64,000 nucleotides of DNA from Eledone cirrhosa. Taxonomy: Eukaryota. The position numbers and the translations under genes are program-made. Positions 14,256 through 27,137 of the stretch are shown here, piece after piece. The notes under the pieces were generated by a model. It did not search any database. It was not told the origin of the DNA and saw only the letters and a list, made by a program, of their open reading frames with translations. The stretch's first letter is position 1. Each line of letters begins with the position of its first letter. The stretch spans positions 377,828,001-377,892,000 of the forward strand of contig OZ024743.1 of assembly GCA_964016885.1 (NCBI GenBank). Reading direction: 5' to 3'.

Positions 14256-15131
14256 TTTGAAGAATTTAACAAAATGGCTAACATGCCCATTATTAATCTA
14301 ATGTTTGGAACACAACATAACAAAAAAACTCTTACAGATATTATGATAGAAATTATAGATAATAGTAGAGAAAATTAAATAAATTACCTTTATAGACTGA
14401 AAAAAGTAGACAGAGGTGCTTATGAGGAATGAAGCTCTATATCTCTCGAATGCTGTGTACAGGATTACTTGTGCCATGCTAACTTTGATATGTAAAATTG
14501 GGGGCGTTTGCTGTGTATTCTAATTTTTTGTGTATGAGTGGCCTCCCAAGGTTTAAATCCAGCCCTGACAGTGTGAGTGTGTTACCATTACATTAAGGTG
14601 TGACTTACACTTCTTCTAATTCAAAATGCTATACTATATAACATGAAGCTGGTTGGGCCACCCCATTGGAGGGTTCCCAGAGTAATTGACCCCTTTAACC
14701 CCACCATTAAATCCAGCCCTGGCTACAATAACACCTTCCAATGTATCACATCAGAGCTACTACTATCTTATTTCTAATTATGATACTACAATCATATTTT
14801 TTACTATGACACATCATAGCCACTAACATCATGTTCCGAACTACATGACATCATAACTACTGCTATCATATTTCTTATTATATCATTTCATAGATACTAC
14901 CATTGTATTTCTTACTATGACACATCATAGCTGTTACCATTGTAATTCTTACTATGACGCATCATAGCTGTTACCATTGTATTTCTGACTATGGCACATC
15001 ATAGCTACTACCATCATGTTTCTAACTGTAACATATAATAGCTACTACTATTACATCTCTCATTATATCACATCATAACTACAACAATAAATTCTCCCAT
15101 TCTATCATATCTTAGCTACTACTATCATATT

Positions 15132-15917
15132 TAATAATAATAATAATAATGAAATTATTGTGTACAGTGTTCAGGTGCACTACAACTCATCAAAGGTGCA
15201 TGTATAGTACATAGAATAATATAAAAATATCAGGAAAGTGAATAGTGTATGAGTCATGATATACATGTGTGTGGAGGGGGAATATTAGGTGTAGTGTTGG
15301 AGAATCTCAGGAAGCATGGAGGTTTTAAAGGATGCAGGTAGTTTGTTAGCAACTCTGAGCATGAAAAAATGTTTCTGAAAGTCATGGGAACTGTGCTGTT
15401 TTCTGACTTTGTTGGCATGCCCACGTGTGTTAGACACATGGAAATCAAAAAGGTACTCAGGGTTGTTGTTGGCAAGATGGTTAATAATTTTATGGGTGTT
15501 TACCAAGTCAGTTGCCAGACGTCGGAGCTTCAATGAATCCATGCCCAGGGAAGCAAGGCATTCAGAGTATGGTAGATGCCTGATGGAGGGTATTCGCTTG
15601 GTTGCACGTCTCTGAACAGTTTCCAGGCGGTCTATGTTCTGAGCAATATAGGGGTTCCAGACTGGTGATGCAAATTCTAAGTGTGGCCGTACCATAGCTG
15701 TATACAGCTTTAAATAGATAGCTGGAGAGCGGCTGACAAAGATCTTGCTGAGTGATACTAAGACACCCTCGGCCTTCTTGACAATTTTAGAGACGTGCTT
15801 CGTCCAACGCAAATCGCTGCTGACAGTAATGCCCAGGTCACGTTCACAAGAAGACTTCTTGATATTAGTATTGTGGAAGGAGTAGGTAGACGCTGGGTTT
15901 TTACTCCCAAAATGCAT
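15132..15917 (-). mobile_element. CR1-clade LINE, 5'-truncated (RT C-terminus, 3' UTR, (ATT)n tail)
   Basis: ORF 15285-15917 contains LYTAMVRPHLEFASPVWNPY...LETVQRRATK...TRGH. Tail at 15132-15150. Confidence 0.9.
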
Positions 15918-15933
15918 TTCTAACTATAACACC

Positions 15934-16163
15934 TCGGAAACATTTTTTCACGCTCAGAGTTGCTGAAGCATGGAACAAACTACCTGCATCAGTTGTTAGC
16001 TGTCGAGACCTCCTTTAAGGCCTCCATGCTTCCCGAGATCCGCCAACAGAACAGCTAACACATACACACATGTACTTCCCTGACATTTGTGTATTATTCT
16101 ATGTACTATATTGACGAGTTGTAGTGCACCTGAGCACTTTACACAATAATTTCATTATTATTA
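15934..16163 (+). mobile_element. CR1 3'-end fragment, head-to-head with the preceding copy
   Basis: ttttcacgctcagagttgctgaagcatggaacaaac...gtagtgcacctgagcac...cattattatt matches 27630-28050. Confidence 0.85.
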
Positions 16164-16299
16164 GACTCTACTATCATATGTTTTGCTATATCAAATTATA
16201 GGTACTACTATCATATTTCTCACTGTATCACATCATAGCCACTACCATCATATTTCCCATTAGGATACATCATAGCTATTATCCCAGCATAAACATAAT

Positions 16300-16662
16300 T
16301 TAACCCTTTCATGACTGCATTGCCAAAGAAATACACTCTATTTTAATTAATTAACGAAGAATTTTGAGGGATTTACTAAAATTATTAATTATTTCATTAC
16401 TAAGTTAGTAACTTAATGCAAGGTTCGAATATAAAATTATGTCAGAAGATTTTTATTTAAATTGGAAACCTTTCAAATGGGTGGTTTTATTTCATAGAAC
16501 CAGAGCTGGTTTTAGCCAGGTTGTTAAGATAGTAACTTAATATAAGGTTCTTATACAAAATTATGTTGGAAGATTTTAATTTAAATTGGAAAGCTTTAAA
16601 ATGGGTGGTTTATATCATAGAACCAGAGCTGGTTTTGGCTGGGTTGGTAACTAAAGGATTAA
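16300..16662. mobile_element. TTAA-flanked piggyBac-like MITE with an internal ~125-bp duplication
   Basis: ttaaccctttc...ctaaaggattaa termini. A related, oppositely oriented copy lies at 50234-52422. Confidence 0.65.
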
Positions 16663-16769
16663 TGACTTCTGTTAATTCAAATTAAATTTTTATGAAAAAC
16701 ATAAATCCACTTTTTTTGTTTCCCTAAAATCTTGATAATACATCATTATTTTTTTATTTTACCATTCAG

Positions 16770-16946
16770 TTATATTTGGAACTCCGATTTGAAGTGAAAG
16801 TCAGCCGTTTCTTCAAAGCATCGCTCCAGATGGCAATACTAGTACTGTCAGCTTGGTGTGTCATTACTCGGGTCTCTGATAATAAACACCACTTAATTGA
16901 TGTGATTGCTGGCTCTGCTGTTGGTATAATGGTTGCAACAGGTGTT
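16770..16946 (+). CDS. PAP2/PLPP exon with motif C3 (TRxxxxxHxxxD)
   Basis: Acceptor ttttaccattcag, donor gtaagt at 16947. Translation LYLELRFEVK...WCVITRVSDNKHHLIDVIAGSAVGIMVATGV. Confidence 0.93.
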
Positions 16947-17044
16947 GTAAGTAAATCATTATTTAAAATTCTGTCTTCTATAATTTAATAAAGGAGTTAA
17001 AGGTAGTGTCCATGCCTCTTTTAAATCCTTTCATTCAGATATTT

Positions 17045-17273
17045 TTAACCCTTTAGCATTTACATTACTCTATATATACTATTGTATTTTCACAGTAAAG
17101 GCTTTACCTCACATAATTATCTAACATAATATCGAATCTACAAGATTTTGATGTTATTTATTTTGAGCACAATACCTTAATGTATGTATGAGTGGCCAGT
17201 TACAGCTGGTTTGAACAGAAAGAGGTAAGAGAATTCTAGCCAGATATGGCTAATTTAAATGCTAAAGGGTTAA
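17045..17273. mobile_element. TTAA-flanked MITE (TIR ccctttagcattta)
   Basis: ttaaccctttagcattta...taaatgctaaagggttaa. The same family occurs at 61509-61736 and 62435-62632. Confidence 0.85.
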
Positions 17274-17857
17274 TGAAATACTCTATATTTGAACTAATTA
17301 GTGAAGAATTTGAAGAAATTTACTAAAATTATTAATTATTGTATTATTAACGCTTTTGATTCTATGTTACACAGTGTTTATACTTATATACAAATCTTAC
17401 ATCATAATTTTATGTAAGAACCTTTTATTATGTTCCAAATACTAGCTTAATAATGAGAAAGTTATTTTACTAAACTCCTTCAAATTCTTGATTAGTTTCA
17501 AAATGATTTGAAAATCACAGACAGTTTCTCTCTTTCTCTCTCTTACACCTTCCACAGAGATGTGAAACTAAAACACCAAAAGAAATGTCAGTGTTTGCTG
17601 CTGCCAACCACACTGCACTCTTTCTCTTTTTCTATTGCACATACACTGTTATCACTTTGATATAATAGATGTATGAACCCATGACTCTTGGTGGGGGCAT
17701 AGAGGCAATATCATAACATAAGTCATTTCTTGGGCATTATAATTCTGGTGGAGCTTATTCCTTTCCAGAGAAGGAAAGAGAGAGAAAGTGAGAAAGAGAT
17801 ACAGAGGAAGAATCAACCCCAGTACTGAACTGGTACTGTTTTTATCAACCTCTAAAG

Positions 17858-17916
17858 CAGAGGTTCTCAAAGTGGGTGCTAAGGGGACGGTGGCCCCTAA
17901 ACATTGAGAACCTCTG
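17858..17916. mobile_element. 59-bp hAT-like mini-MITE nested in a Nin SINE
   Basis: TIRs cagaggttctcaa/ttgagaacctctg. Degenerate 8-bp TSD ctctaaag/ctataaat. The SINE resumes as gatgaaaggcaaa. Confidence 0.7.
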
Positions 17917-18344
17917 CTATAAATGATGAAAGGCAAAATTGACCTTGTCGAGATTTTAACTCAGAAATTTAGAGTGCAAAGAGCTGGAATAAACACTACA
18001 AAGCATTCTATCTGACGTTATAATCATCATCATCACCGTCGTCGTTTAACATCCATTTTCCATGCTAGCATGGGTTAGATGGCTTGTCTCATTTGAGGGA
18101 AGTTGGGTCAGGTGACCAAGTCCTGCTCATACAGAACTGTGTCTGGCTAGATTTCTACAACTGGATGCCCTTCTTAATGCCAATCACATTTACAGTGTGT
18201 ACTGGGTGATTTTTGCTCTGACTCGACTCTGCCAATTTGCCACCTTTTCATATAATAGATATTTTCAAAGAAAAAAAAATCTCAAAATTTAACAGAATAT
18301 TTTTTAACAGTCTAAAATTAAAATTTGTTTTGATTTTCTTTCAG

Positions 18345-18449
18345 TTCACCAAAATTACTTGTCCTAGTCTACAACAGCAAAAAGTAAAGAAAAAAACAGA
18401 AAAGAATGAGAAAGACGAGTATGAATGTACAAGTTTGACAATGGCTTGA
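18345..18449 (+). CDS. PAP2/PLPP terminal coding exon (cytoplasmic tail)
   Basis: Acceptor ttttctttcag, phase 0. Translation FTKITCPSLQQQKVKKKTEKNEKDEYECTSLTMA*. AATAAA at 18894 and 19441. Confidence 0.75.
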   Translation, partial: FTKITCPSLQQQKVKKKTEKNEKDEYECTSLTMA

Positions 18450-18740
18450 AGAATAATGGACATATGGGTAGAATATAATATAAACAGATAGAACAGTGAG
18501 GGAATTGTAATTCTACACATAAATTACACATACACACATCATAAAATATGTAATATAATGATATAATGGAAATTATTGTGTACAGTGCTCAGGTGCACTA
18601 CAACTCATCAAAGGTGCATGCATAATACATAGAACAATGCATAAATGTCGGGAAAGTGAACAGTGTATGAATCATATGTGTGTGTGTGTGTGCACGTGTG
18701 TGTGTATGTGTGTGTGTGCATGTGTGTATGTGTGTGTGTG

Positions 18741-18797
<57 letters not shown>

Positions 18798-19018
18798 TCT
18801 TGTGTGTATATAGATATATTTATTTCATATAGAAATTACTTCTACATGGATAGATTTAAAAAATGAAACAGCTTTAGTCTTATGAAGCTATAAAATAAAT
18901 ATGCCTCTTCTATACTAATGCATTTAGTACCAGTGGTTCCTTTCCAATCTTCTTTGGAAAACCATTCTTAATCATATATGTATGTGTGTGCATATATATG
19001 TATGTATATATATATATA

Positions 19019-19143
19019 TATAAACGTTTGGAGTTAGAAGGCCAGAACAATGCAAGTATGGATATAGAATATCTTTTGCATTTGTATTTATATTCTATAT
19101 CCATACCTGCATTGTTCTGGCCTTCTATCTCCAAACGTTTATA
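19019..19143. repeat. Inverted repeat with ~54-bp arms, 2 mismatches and a short loop
   Basis: tataaacgtttggagttagaaggccagaacaatgcaagtatggatatagaatat pairs with atattctatatccatacctgcattgttctggccttctatctccaaacgtttata. Confidence 0.95.
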
Positions 19144-19519
19144 CCTAACTACGCAATGCTTCAAGTAAACTACAATTTCCTCCATATATATATATGTATG
19201 ACAAGCTTCCACATAATTTCCATCTACCAAACTTTCACTCACAAGGTATCGGACCCAAAGCTAAACTAAAGGGTCATACAGTGGGACTGGCTCCTAGATA
19301 GAATCAAATCACTTCACATACATTCCTAATGTAAGGCCTATGTGAAAAAAAAAAGAAAGGCATAAATGCCACATCTTCCATTGCTTCTTTAAACCTGAGG
19401 TTGCATGACTATCAATGAAAATCATTTTAACTGCTTACATAATAAATACTTCTCCCACATCATTCCCTCATGAACCTTGACAAAACAATCACTTGAACTT
19501 CTGGCTTGTTTGTTTGGGG

Positions 19520-19702
19520 CCCCACCGCCACCACCATTCTACCAACAGCACCACCACTACAGCCACCACCACCACCACTACTGCCACTATCACTGCCACC
19601 ACCAACGCACTATTACAGTCACTACTGCCACCACCACCACCATGCTGCCAACACCACCACCACTGTCACCACCACCACCACTGCCACCACCACCACCACC
19701 AG
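19520..19702. repeat. (CCA)n-type degenerate microsatellite
   Basis: Read directly. It explains the poly-P/H/T ORFs. Confidence 0.95.
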
Positions 19703-20347
19703 ATTGGTTTTAAAAAAAGTATCTGTGGCGGATTGTAATATTTTTATGAATAAATAAATTTCTTAATTAAACTAATTTAATTGTGGTTTAATTGAATCCA
19801 AATTAATGAAAGTAAATGATATTGATTTTCTTTTCTTTTAATTATCATATTATCTTCCTTTTCCCGCTGGTCACCATTGAGACTTCTGCTCTCTTCGGTC
19901 CTTGAACTCCACAAAATTAACAGGAGTGCATTCCAGCCAAGAAAGAAGTTACGTGAGGTGAAATGGCTGATGTAGCAGGTGTCACTGGCTGTTTTATACA
20001 GCAACAATTTTACCATCTTGTCCACAGGGTACGGCTGAGATATAGCACCTACACTGGGGTGTAGAGTCTGCCCTCTTCCACTTACTTTCATTATTTAATT
20101 TCTTTTTTTTTTATTGCAAACATGCGTAAATTTGCAGTATTATCTTGTAGCAACCCCCTACAACTGGAACCCAGAACGTTTAGGAGTTGCGTCCCTTTGT
20201 GACGGTCCGTGTACTACAGTGGCAGATCCATGTACTAAATGGAGTTGCGTCCCCCTGGGGACTATATATTTGAGAACTTAAGGCATTCTATCTCACTTCC
20301 TACGCCGCAGCTGAAAAGACCACTTCAACTTTACCAAGAGACGATTT

Positions 20348-20790
20348 CACTTAAAATCCCTATAAAGATTTAGGAATTTGAGAGGAAGCGAGATTTGTCC
20401 ATACATCTTTATAGACGAGTGATTAACAGCCTGCAGAGTAACGGATGACTCCACGGGGGTATCTTTCAGGCAATGGACCGGCCAAATACTACAGGAGGCT
20501 CCTGTATCCATGAGGAAACCTCTTTCCAACATAAGGTCCTTAATGAAGAAATGGCAGTTGACCTCAGTAAAGCCACCAAACCACCATTTCTTCATTAAGG
20601 ACTTTATGTCAGGAAGAGGTTTCCTCATGGATACAGGAGCCTCCTGTAGTATTTGGCCGGTCCATTGCCTGAAAGATACCCCCGTAGAGTCATCCGTTAC
20701 TCTGCAGGCAGTTAATCACTCGTCTATAAAGACTTACGGACAAATCTCTCTTCCTCTCAAATTCCTAAATCTTCGTAGGGATTTTAAGTG
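20348..20790. repeat. Fold-back inverted duplication of the Gypsy protease region (arms ~207 bp, spacer ~29 nt)
   Basis: 20348-20554 is the near-perfect reverse complement of 20584-20790. The same peptide GFLMDTGASCSIWPVHC appears on both strands. Confidence 0.96.
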
Positions 20791-23596
20791 GATTTTTACG
20801 GTTGCCAATTTGCTATACCCTATCTTAGGAGCGGATTTCCTCCACAACTTCTCTTTGACTGTGGACGTCCATGGCCAACGCCTGGTGGATGACATCACCG
20901 GTTTTTCAATTCGTGGCCGGAAAGCCAATGCTCCAACAGTCAGCCCCATATTCTTCATCGCTGCCGCTGTAGACGCCTACCATTCGTTGTTAGGTTCTTT
21001 CCCGGAGCTCACCGATGGAAATTTTCAAGTCACTGAGCCAACACACTCAACTGAACATTCCATTTCCACCACCGGTGCTCCAGTGTTTTCGCGTCTATGC
21101 CGCTTACCGGCAGCACGGACATTATTCGTCCATCTACGAGTTACACATGATGCCCAAGACTTCTGGAGACCCACTGAGGATTATAGGAGGTTAAATGCCA
21201 TGACCGTCCCGGATAGGTATCCCATCCCCCATCTCCAGGATTTCGCATCTTAATTGTAGGGGTGTAAGATTTTCTCAAAACTAGATTTAGTGCGAGCTTA
21301 CCAACAAATTCTGGTCAGGAAGGAGGATATTCAGAAAACGGCGATCTTTTCGGATCCTTCGAATTTTTGACCACACCTTTCGGACTCAGGAATGGTGCTA
21401 GCACTTTTCAGCAGTTCATAGACGAAGTCACTCGTGGTCTGGACTTCGTTTATGCATACATAGACGATCTTCTCATCACTAGTTCCTCTCCGGAAAAGCA
21501 TATGCACCACATGCATCTTTTATTTCGGCGACTTCAGGATTACCACATTCGTGTGAATCCCGCAAAGTGTGTTTTCGGTTCCACTTCGCTAAATATTTTA
21601 GGCCATCTCATCGACGCCGAAGGCATTAGGCTGCTTCCCCAGCGAGTTCAAGCCATACAGGATTTACCTCCGCCTACTACACTTCACCAGTTGTGTCACT
21701 TCTTAGGCCTAATCAATTTCTATAGGCGTTTCATTCCTCATTGTGCTAATTTGCTATCTTCCCTTACTGCCATTTTGAAAAATCGTCGTAAGAAGAATGA
21801 GGATATTTCCTTGACACAAGGACAGCTTAAAGACTTCCAGACTGTCAAGACAGCACTCACTAGTTCATCTTTGCTAGCCCACCCGGTACCAGAGGCCAAG
21901 CTTTCGCTTTGTGTTGATGCATCTGATACCGCTGTGGGAGCAGTTTTACAGCAGTACAACGCTGGAAACCAACAACCTTTGGCATTTTTCTCAAGGAAGC
22001 TGAAACCAGCAGAAACGCGTTACAGCACATTTGGGTGGGAATTATTAGCCATATATCTGTCGGTGAAACATTTCTCTCATATTCTTGAGGGGAGAAATTT
22101 TATTGTTTTAACTGACCACAAACCCCTGACCTTTGCTTTGAGGGCTAAAATCGACAGATATTCACCCAGAGAGACAAGGCACTTGGATTACGTTTCGCAA
22201 TTCACAAATGATATCCAGCACATTGCTGGCTCGCTTAACACAGCTGCAGACGCATTGTCACGTTTGCCAATCAGCTCCATCTCGTCATCCCAGGAGATTG
22301 ACTTAAGTCGTTTAGCTGCAGACCAACCTGCACTCCAATCGTTGGATACTCATTCTGCCGAGTTTGCAATTGCATCTTCAAATATCTGCCCTTGTCGACC
22401 ACCGACAGGCAGATTCTATGTGATGTATCTACGGATTCACCACGACCTTATGTTCCTGAGGCTCACCGTCGAATTGTGTTCCTTGCTTTGCACAGCATTT
22501 CTCACCCAGGAATTTCAGCCACAGTAAAGCTCATAACGGCTAGATTTTTCTGGCCCAATATGAGGCGATAAATTACTGTCTGGTGCCGTTCCTGTACACA
22601 GTGTCAAAAATCTAAAGTCCACAGACACATCCGAACTCCACTTGGTACTTTCAGTACTCCAGATGCTCGTTTTCAACACATCCACATTGATATCGTTGGA
22701 CCTTGGCCATTCAGTAGTGGATATTCTTACCTCTTGACCTGCATCGATTGTTTTTCGCGATGGCCTGAAGCCATCCCCTTAAAAGACATTACCGCTGAGA
22801 CCATAGCGTGTGCCCTGGTGTCAGGGTGGATTGCCTGCTTTGGCTTGCCAACAGTCACCACAGACTGTGGTAGACAATTTGAGTCTCATCTCTTCTCTGA
22901 GCTGACAAAGATCATTGGTGCTCAACGGATTCGGACCACAGCTTATCATCCTGCTTCGAACGGAATGGTGGAACGATTCCACCGCCAATTAAAGGCCGCT
23001 CTTCGCACCTATCCAGACTCTCAACGTTGGAGCGAGTACCTTCCTATAGTATTATTAGGAATTCGGTCATCAATAAAGGAGGACCTTGGGTTCTCCCCGG
23101 CCGAATTACTGTATGGTGCTCCTCTAGCGTTGTCTGGACAAATGCTTGCCTCTGTTGATCTTGCTTTTCAGGATCCTCTTTCCTACGTATCTCGTTTGCG
23201 CTCCTATTTTCAGGACTTACCGCCCATGAATACTAGGAAACAAATTATTAAAGCTGCAGTTCCGAGGGATATTGCCTCGTAGACACATGTATTCGTCAGA
23301 AACGACGCTGTTACTCCACCCTCACACAGCCGTACTCTGGACCCTACCGTGTGTTAGCGCGCACTAACAAACATTTCACAGTAGACATTAAGGGATCCAG
23401 AGAGACAATTTCGGTTGATAGACTAAAAAAGGGATACAATGACGCTCATACACCCAAGCCACAAATACCCCAATCTTTCTCTCTTGTGCATACACCTGCT
23501 CCTTCTGCCCCACCTTCACCTACATACAAGACCACGACTCGTTCCGGTCGAAGAGTCCACTGGCCCAAAAAACTCTGCCAAACTGTTTTTATGTGA
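20584..23596 (+). pseudogene. Gypsy pol: protease (LMDTGA), RT (YIDD), RNase H (VDAS, TDHKPL), integrase ([16 protein letters not shown]), with stops and frameshifts
   Basis: ORFs 20510-21253, 21367-22527, 22734-23282 and 23351-23596 are in PR-RT-RH-IN order. Confidence 0.95.
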
Positions 23597-24203
23597 ACTG
23601 GCCACTGGAGCTTTTTTTGTTTTTCTCTTTATTGTATTGAACTATGTATACATGTACCTTTTCGTTAATATCTCATGCCTGTGCTGGGAGCCCATGCTTG
23701 GGTTCGCTACAATTGCCTTCAGGTTTTTCGCCTATCGTCTGGAGGAGGGTACTGTAGCGACCCCCTACGGCTGGAACTCAGAACGTTTAGGAGTTGCGTC
23801 CCTTTGTGACAGTCGCGACTCCCAGTGGCAGATCCATGTACTAAATGGAGTTGCGTCCCCCTGGAGACTATATATTTGAGAACTTAAGGCATTCTATCTC
23901 ACTTCCTACACCGCAGCTGAAAAGACCACTTCAACCTTACCAAGAGACGATTCCTGCTTTCTCTCCCTAGTGATGAATCCTGTCTTATGAAGAGATGACT
24001 CCTGTCTTCTCTCTCTCTTCTCTACACGCTCCAGTCTGGGAGTTGAGACCAACTCACCATCACGACATGTGGTAAAAAATATTTCTATTATTATATTTGA
24101 CTTCTGTGAAGTAAAACTATTATACAAACATGCACCAGCCATTATTGTTCTTTTTAATAATATATACACTGATACTAACCTTCTAAAATCTCTTAATACC
24201 AAA

Positions 24204-24421
24204 GGGCGATGGATTGGCAGAAACGGTAGAGCATCGGACAACATTCTTCACAGCATAGTTATGGCCCTTTACATTCTGAGTTCAAATCCCGCCGAGGTTA
24301 GCTTTGCCTTTCATCCTTACAGGGTCGATAAAATAAAGCACCAGTAATGCACTGGGGTCGATTTAATCGACTTGCCCCCTCCCAAAAATTGTTGGCCTTG
24401 TGCTTAAATCAGAAACCATTA
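24204..24421 (+). mobile_element. tRNA-derived SINE with A/B boxes and Nin-type domain
   Basis: A box tggcagaaacgg, B box gttcaaatcc, then ctttgcctttcatccttacagggtcgataaaataaagcaccag. Confidence 0.85.
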
Positions 24422-24859
24422 TCTCTTAACACCTTGTAATGATTGTCATAGTGCTGTTTTGTACTTTTCAAGAATGTCTTGCGAATAATACAGCTTCATG
24501 TGATACAGAACATTAAGAGTTAAGATAGAGTTAACTTTTAACATATTGTAATGATTTCCTAGAATGATGAAAATACTTTAAAAAACCACAAATCACATAT
24601 CAATTCAATATCTACTCAGTTCTATTTAACTTGTAACATCCTGTAATGATTTAGCAGAAAATAGTTAAAAATATAATTGTTAATACAAATGTCTATTAGT
24701 TGTGAACATTTTTTGCAATGAATTAAAGTAAAAAAATTTTAATTTATCTTTTAATGTGATGCAGTCGTAGTGATGTTTTGTATGTTTCAAGACTGTCTTA
24801 CTAATGTGGTTTCATGTGATACAGGATGTTAAGAGTTAAGATAGAGTTATCTTTTAACA

Positions 24860-25047
24860 CAGGCATGTCAAACTGAGGGTCCCCCAAGGGCCACATGGGT
24901 CACATATGTGTTGTTTGAGGACCACACACGACAACTAATTGTGCACATTACAACTAATATCTTTTATTTTATATTACACTCACACTGTAAAAGCCTTTGT
25001 GTGGGCTGCAGGTGTGCTTGTAAAGGGCTACATGTTTGACATGCCTC
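24860..25047. mobile_element. hAT-like MITE inside a local ~300-bp tandem duplication
   Basis: TIR caggcatgtcaaac/gtttgacatgcctc. 8-bp TSD ttttaaca/atttaaca. Confidence 0.8.
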
Positions 25048-25779
25048 ATTTAACATATTCTAATGATTTAGCAGAAAATACCTAAAATGTGGTTTGTTAA
25101 TTTAAATATTTTAGCATCTTTAGTAGTAGATAGATTGTCATGAAAATTTGCTTTGTTTGGGTAAAGACTTTAATTATTAATGTGATGCAGTAATAGTGCT
25201 GTTTTGTACCCAGGCAAAAGAAGCCCCTCTAATAAGTGTGAAGACCACCCAAGATGACTTGAATTATTTCTGGCTAATGGATGGATGGGTGGGTAGATGG
25301 ATGAGTAGGTGTGTGGACATGAGGATGGATGGATGTGTAGTAGGATGGTTGGATGGAAGGATGGGTGGATGGGTGAGTAGATGGATGAATGAACAGACAA
25401 ACGATTGTGGCTAAGGTTCAATAATTGGAGGACATTAAAATTAATGTTTAGTCTTAAGTCAGTCATGATTTTCTTTTTCTTCAACATAGATGTAGCTGAA
25501 GATACTGGCAACTCAGACAGTCACCTGGGTTGCTATGTCCAGGTCAGATTATGTCCATTTGAAGCCTAAGCACTAAAAGGATTATTGTGCCCCCTATTTA
25601 TAAAATCTGCAAATTTTTAAAGGAAAATACATTTAATTTGAATAAAATAGTGGCTTTTACCCTTTGATGCTCTAAGCATGAAATTAGCTATCAAAGTGGT
25701 TCAGCTACAGAGTTGTGGCTCACAGTCTAGTCAGGGCCCTATTAAGTCCTTTTGAAGCCCTAAGCACTTAAAAGATTCA

Positions 25780-26340
25780 TTTCTTCATCATCTCATCTGT
25801 GAAATTCAGCATTTTGAGATAAGTTCTAACCACCTCTGCCCATGTTTTTCTCAGTCTTCCTCTACTGTATCTTCATTCCAGAGGTATAACCTGACACTCC
25901 TCCTAGTGTTCATCATCCATAAGCATCACACATCCATACCAGCACAGTCTTCTCTCAAGCAAACTACTTTTAATTCCTCTTATATTCAACTTTTCATCCA
26001 TGCCCTATCGTTGATGCACACTAACATTACATGTCTAATGAAGCATGTTCCCTTCATTTCTCTCTATCCTTTGTATATCCTCTGCATTTACTACCAAAGT
26101 TTCACTTCTTATGCATGCATCATATAGTCTACCTTTTACTCATAGAGAAAAGCTGTTTGTTACCAACAGAGGTAATAGATCCCTTAGCCTTTTCTAGTCT
26201 GTTCTTATTCTAGATACTATGTTATCAGAACAATCCCTTCCATTGCTAATTATGTCACCCAAGAAGCAGAATATCAACTATTTCTAGAATACTCTCCTGT
26301 GATTGGAAAAGGTTATTTTCCCTGTTGCTCATCAATCACT
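25780..26340 (-). mobile_element. Old, degenerate RTE LINE fragment
   Basis: Patchy similarity to the RTE copies at 31400-31800 (tatgcatgcatcatatagtctacc, cagcacagtcttctctc). Confidence 0.55.
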
Positions 26341-27033
26341 TTTTTTGTGGAACCACTAAGTTACTGTACATCAACAAAGAGTAAATATAAATAGCCATGG
26401 ATCCCACCACACACACACACATACACACACACACATGCACACTCACATGCACATACACACGTACACATACACAGTCACACGCACACGCACATGCACACGC
26501 ACACACTCACACACACACTCACATGCACACACACACAGTCACACACACACATGCATGTGCTCACACATATATACACACACCCACATCTCAGTGGGATGAT
26601 TTTAATTCAGAAATTAAGGGGTATAACTAAAATACATAAGCAACAGAGCATTTTGTATGACGCTCTACAGATTCTGCCAATCTACCATCTCATTAGTATA
26701 AATAATAATGTTTTCCACAACAGTAATTTCAATGGTTGAATTTGGCTTTGAAGAGTAAAAAAGGAAATGGCCTCTGTGATGGAGTTAACAACTAAAATAG
26801 AACATTTTTTTGATAACAGGAAGTTTAGGAGTTGCTACACACAGAAAGCAATATGAACTGTGAAATATAATGTGGGAAGGGAAAGGAGAGGGGGATTTCC
26901 TTTACTTACCAACTCAATAAACTTGTTTGTCATCTTGGGGGGGGGGGGTCTTCTCTCTAACAGTTATATTAGAAGAGAGGATGTTGTATGTGTGTGTGTG
27001 TGTATAGTAATAATAATAAATACAAAGACCAAA

Positions 27034-27075
<42 letters not shown>

Positions 27076-27137
27076 TATATGTGTGTGTGTGCATGTATGT
27101 ATATATAAATGTATATATATATATATGAATATATATC

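Larger units (their letters stand above)
14745..16280. repeat. Degenerate ~39-bp minisatellite (catcatagctactaccattgtatttcttactatgaca) split by CR1 insertions
   Basis: Units at 14745-15131 resume at ~16165-16280. Confidence 0.7.
20146..24067 (+). mobile_element. Ty3/Gypsy LTR retrotransposon, gag-deleted and decayed
   Basis: 5' LTR tgtagcaaccccc from 20146, truncated at ~20347. 3' LTR tgtagcgaccccc from 23753, preceded by PPT ggaggaggg. The right end (~24067) is approximate and no clear TSD is seen. Confidence 0.93.

Noticed and set aside
18663-19757. ORFs rich in CV, YI, poly-P/H/T
   Set aside because: Translations of (TG)n, (TA)n and (CCA)n microsatellites.
19777-20091. 104-aa minus-strand ORF in a GC-richer block
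   Set aside because: No motif or convincing splice sites recognised. Left unassigned.
24060-24080. Target-site duplication or exact right end of the Gypsy element
   Set aside because: Bases after the presumed ...CA end do not match those before 20146, so the boundary is approximate.
24204-24300. tRNA gene (A and B boxes)
   Set aside because: No cloverleaf. It continues into a SINE body present many times in the window.
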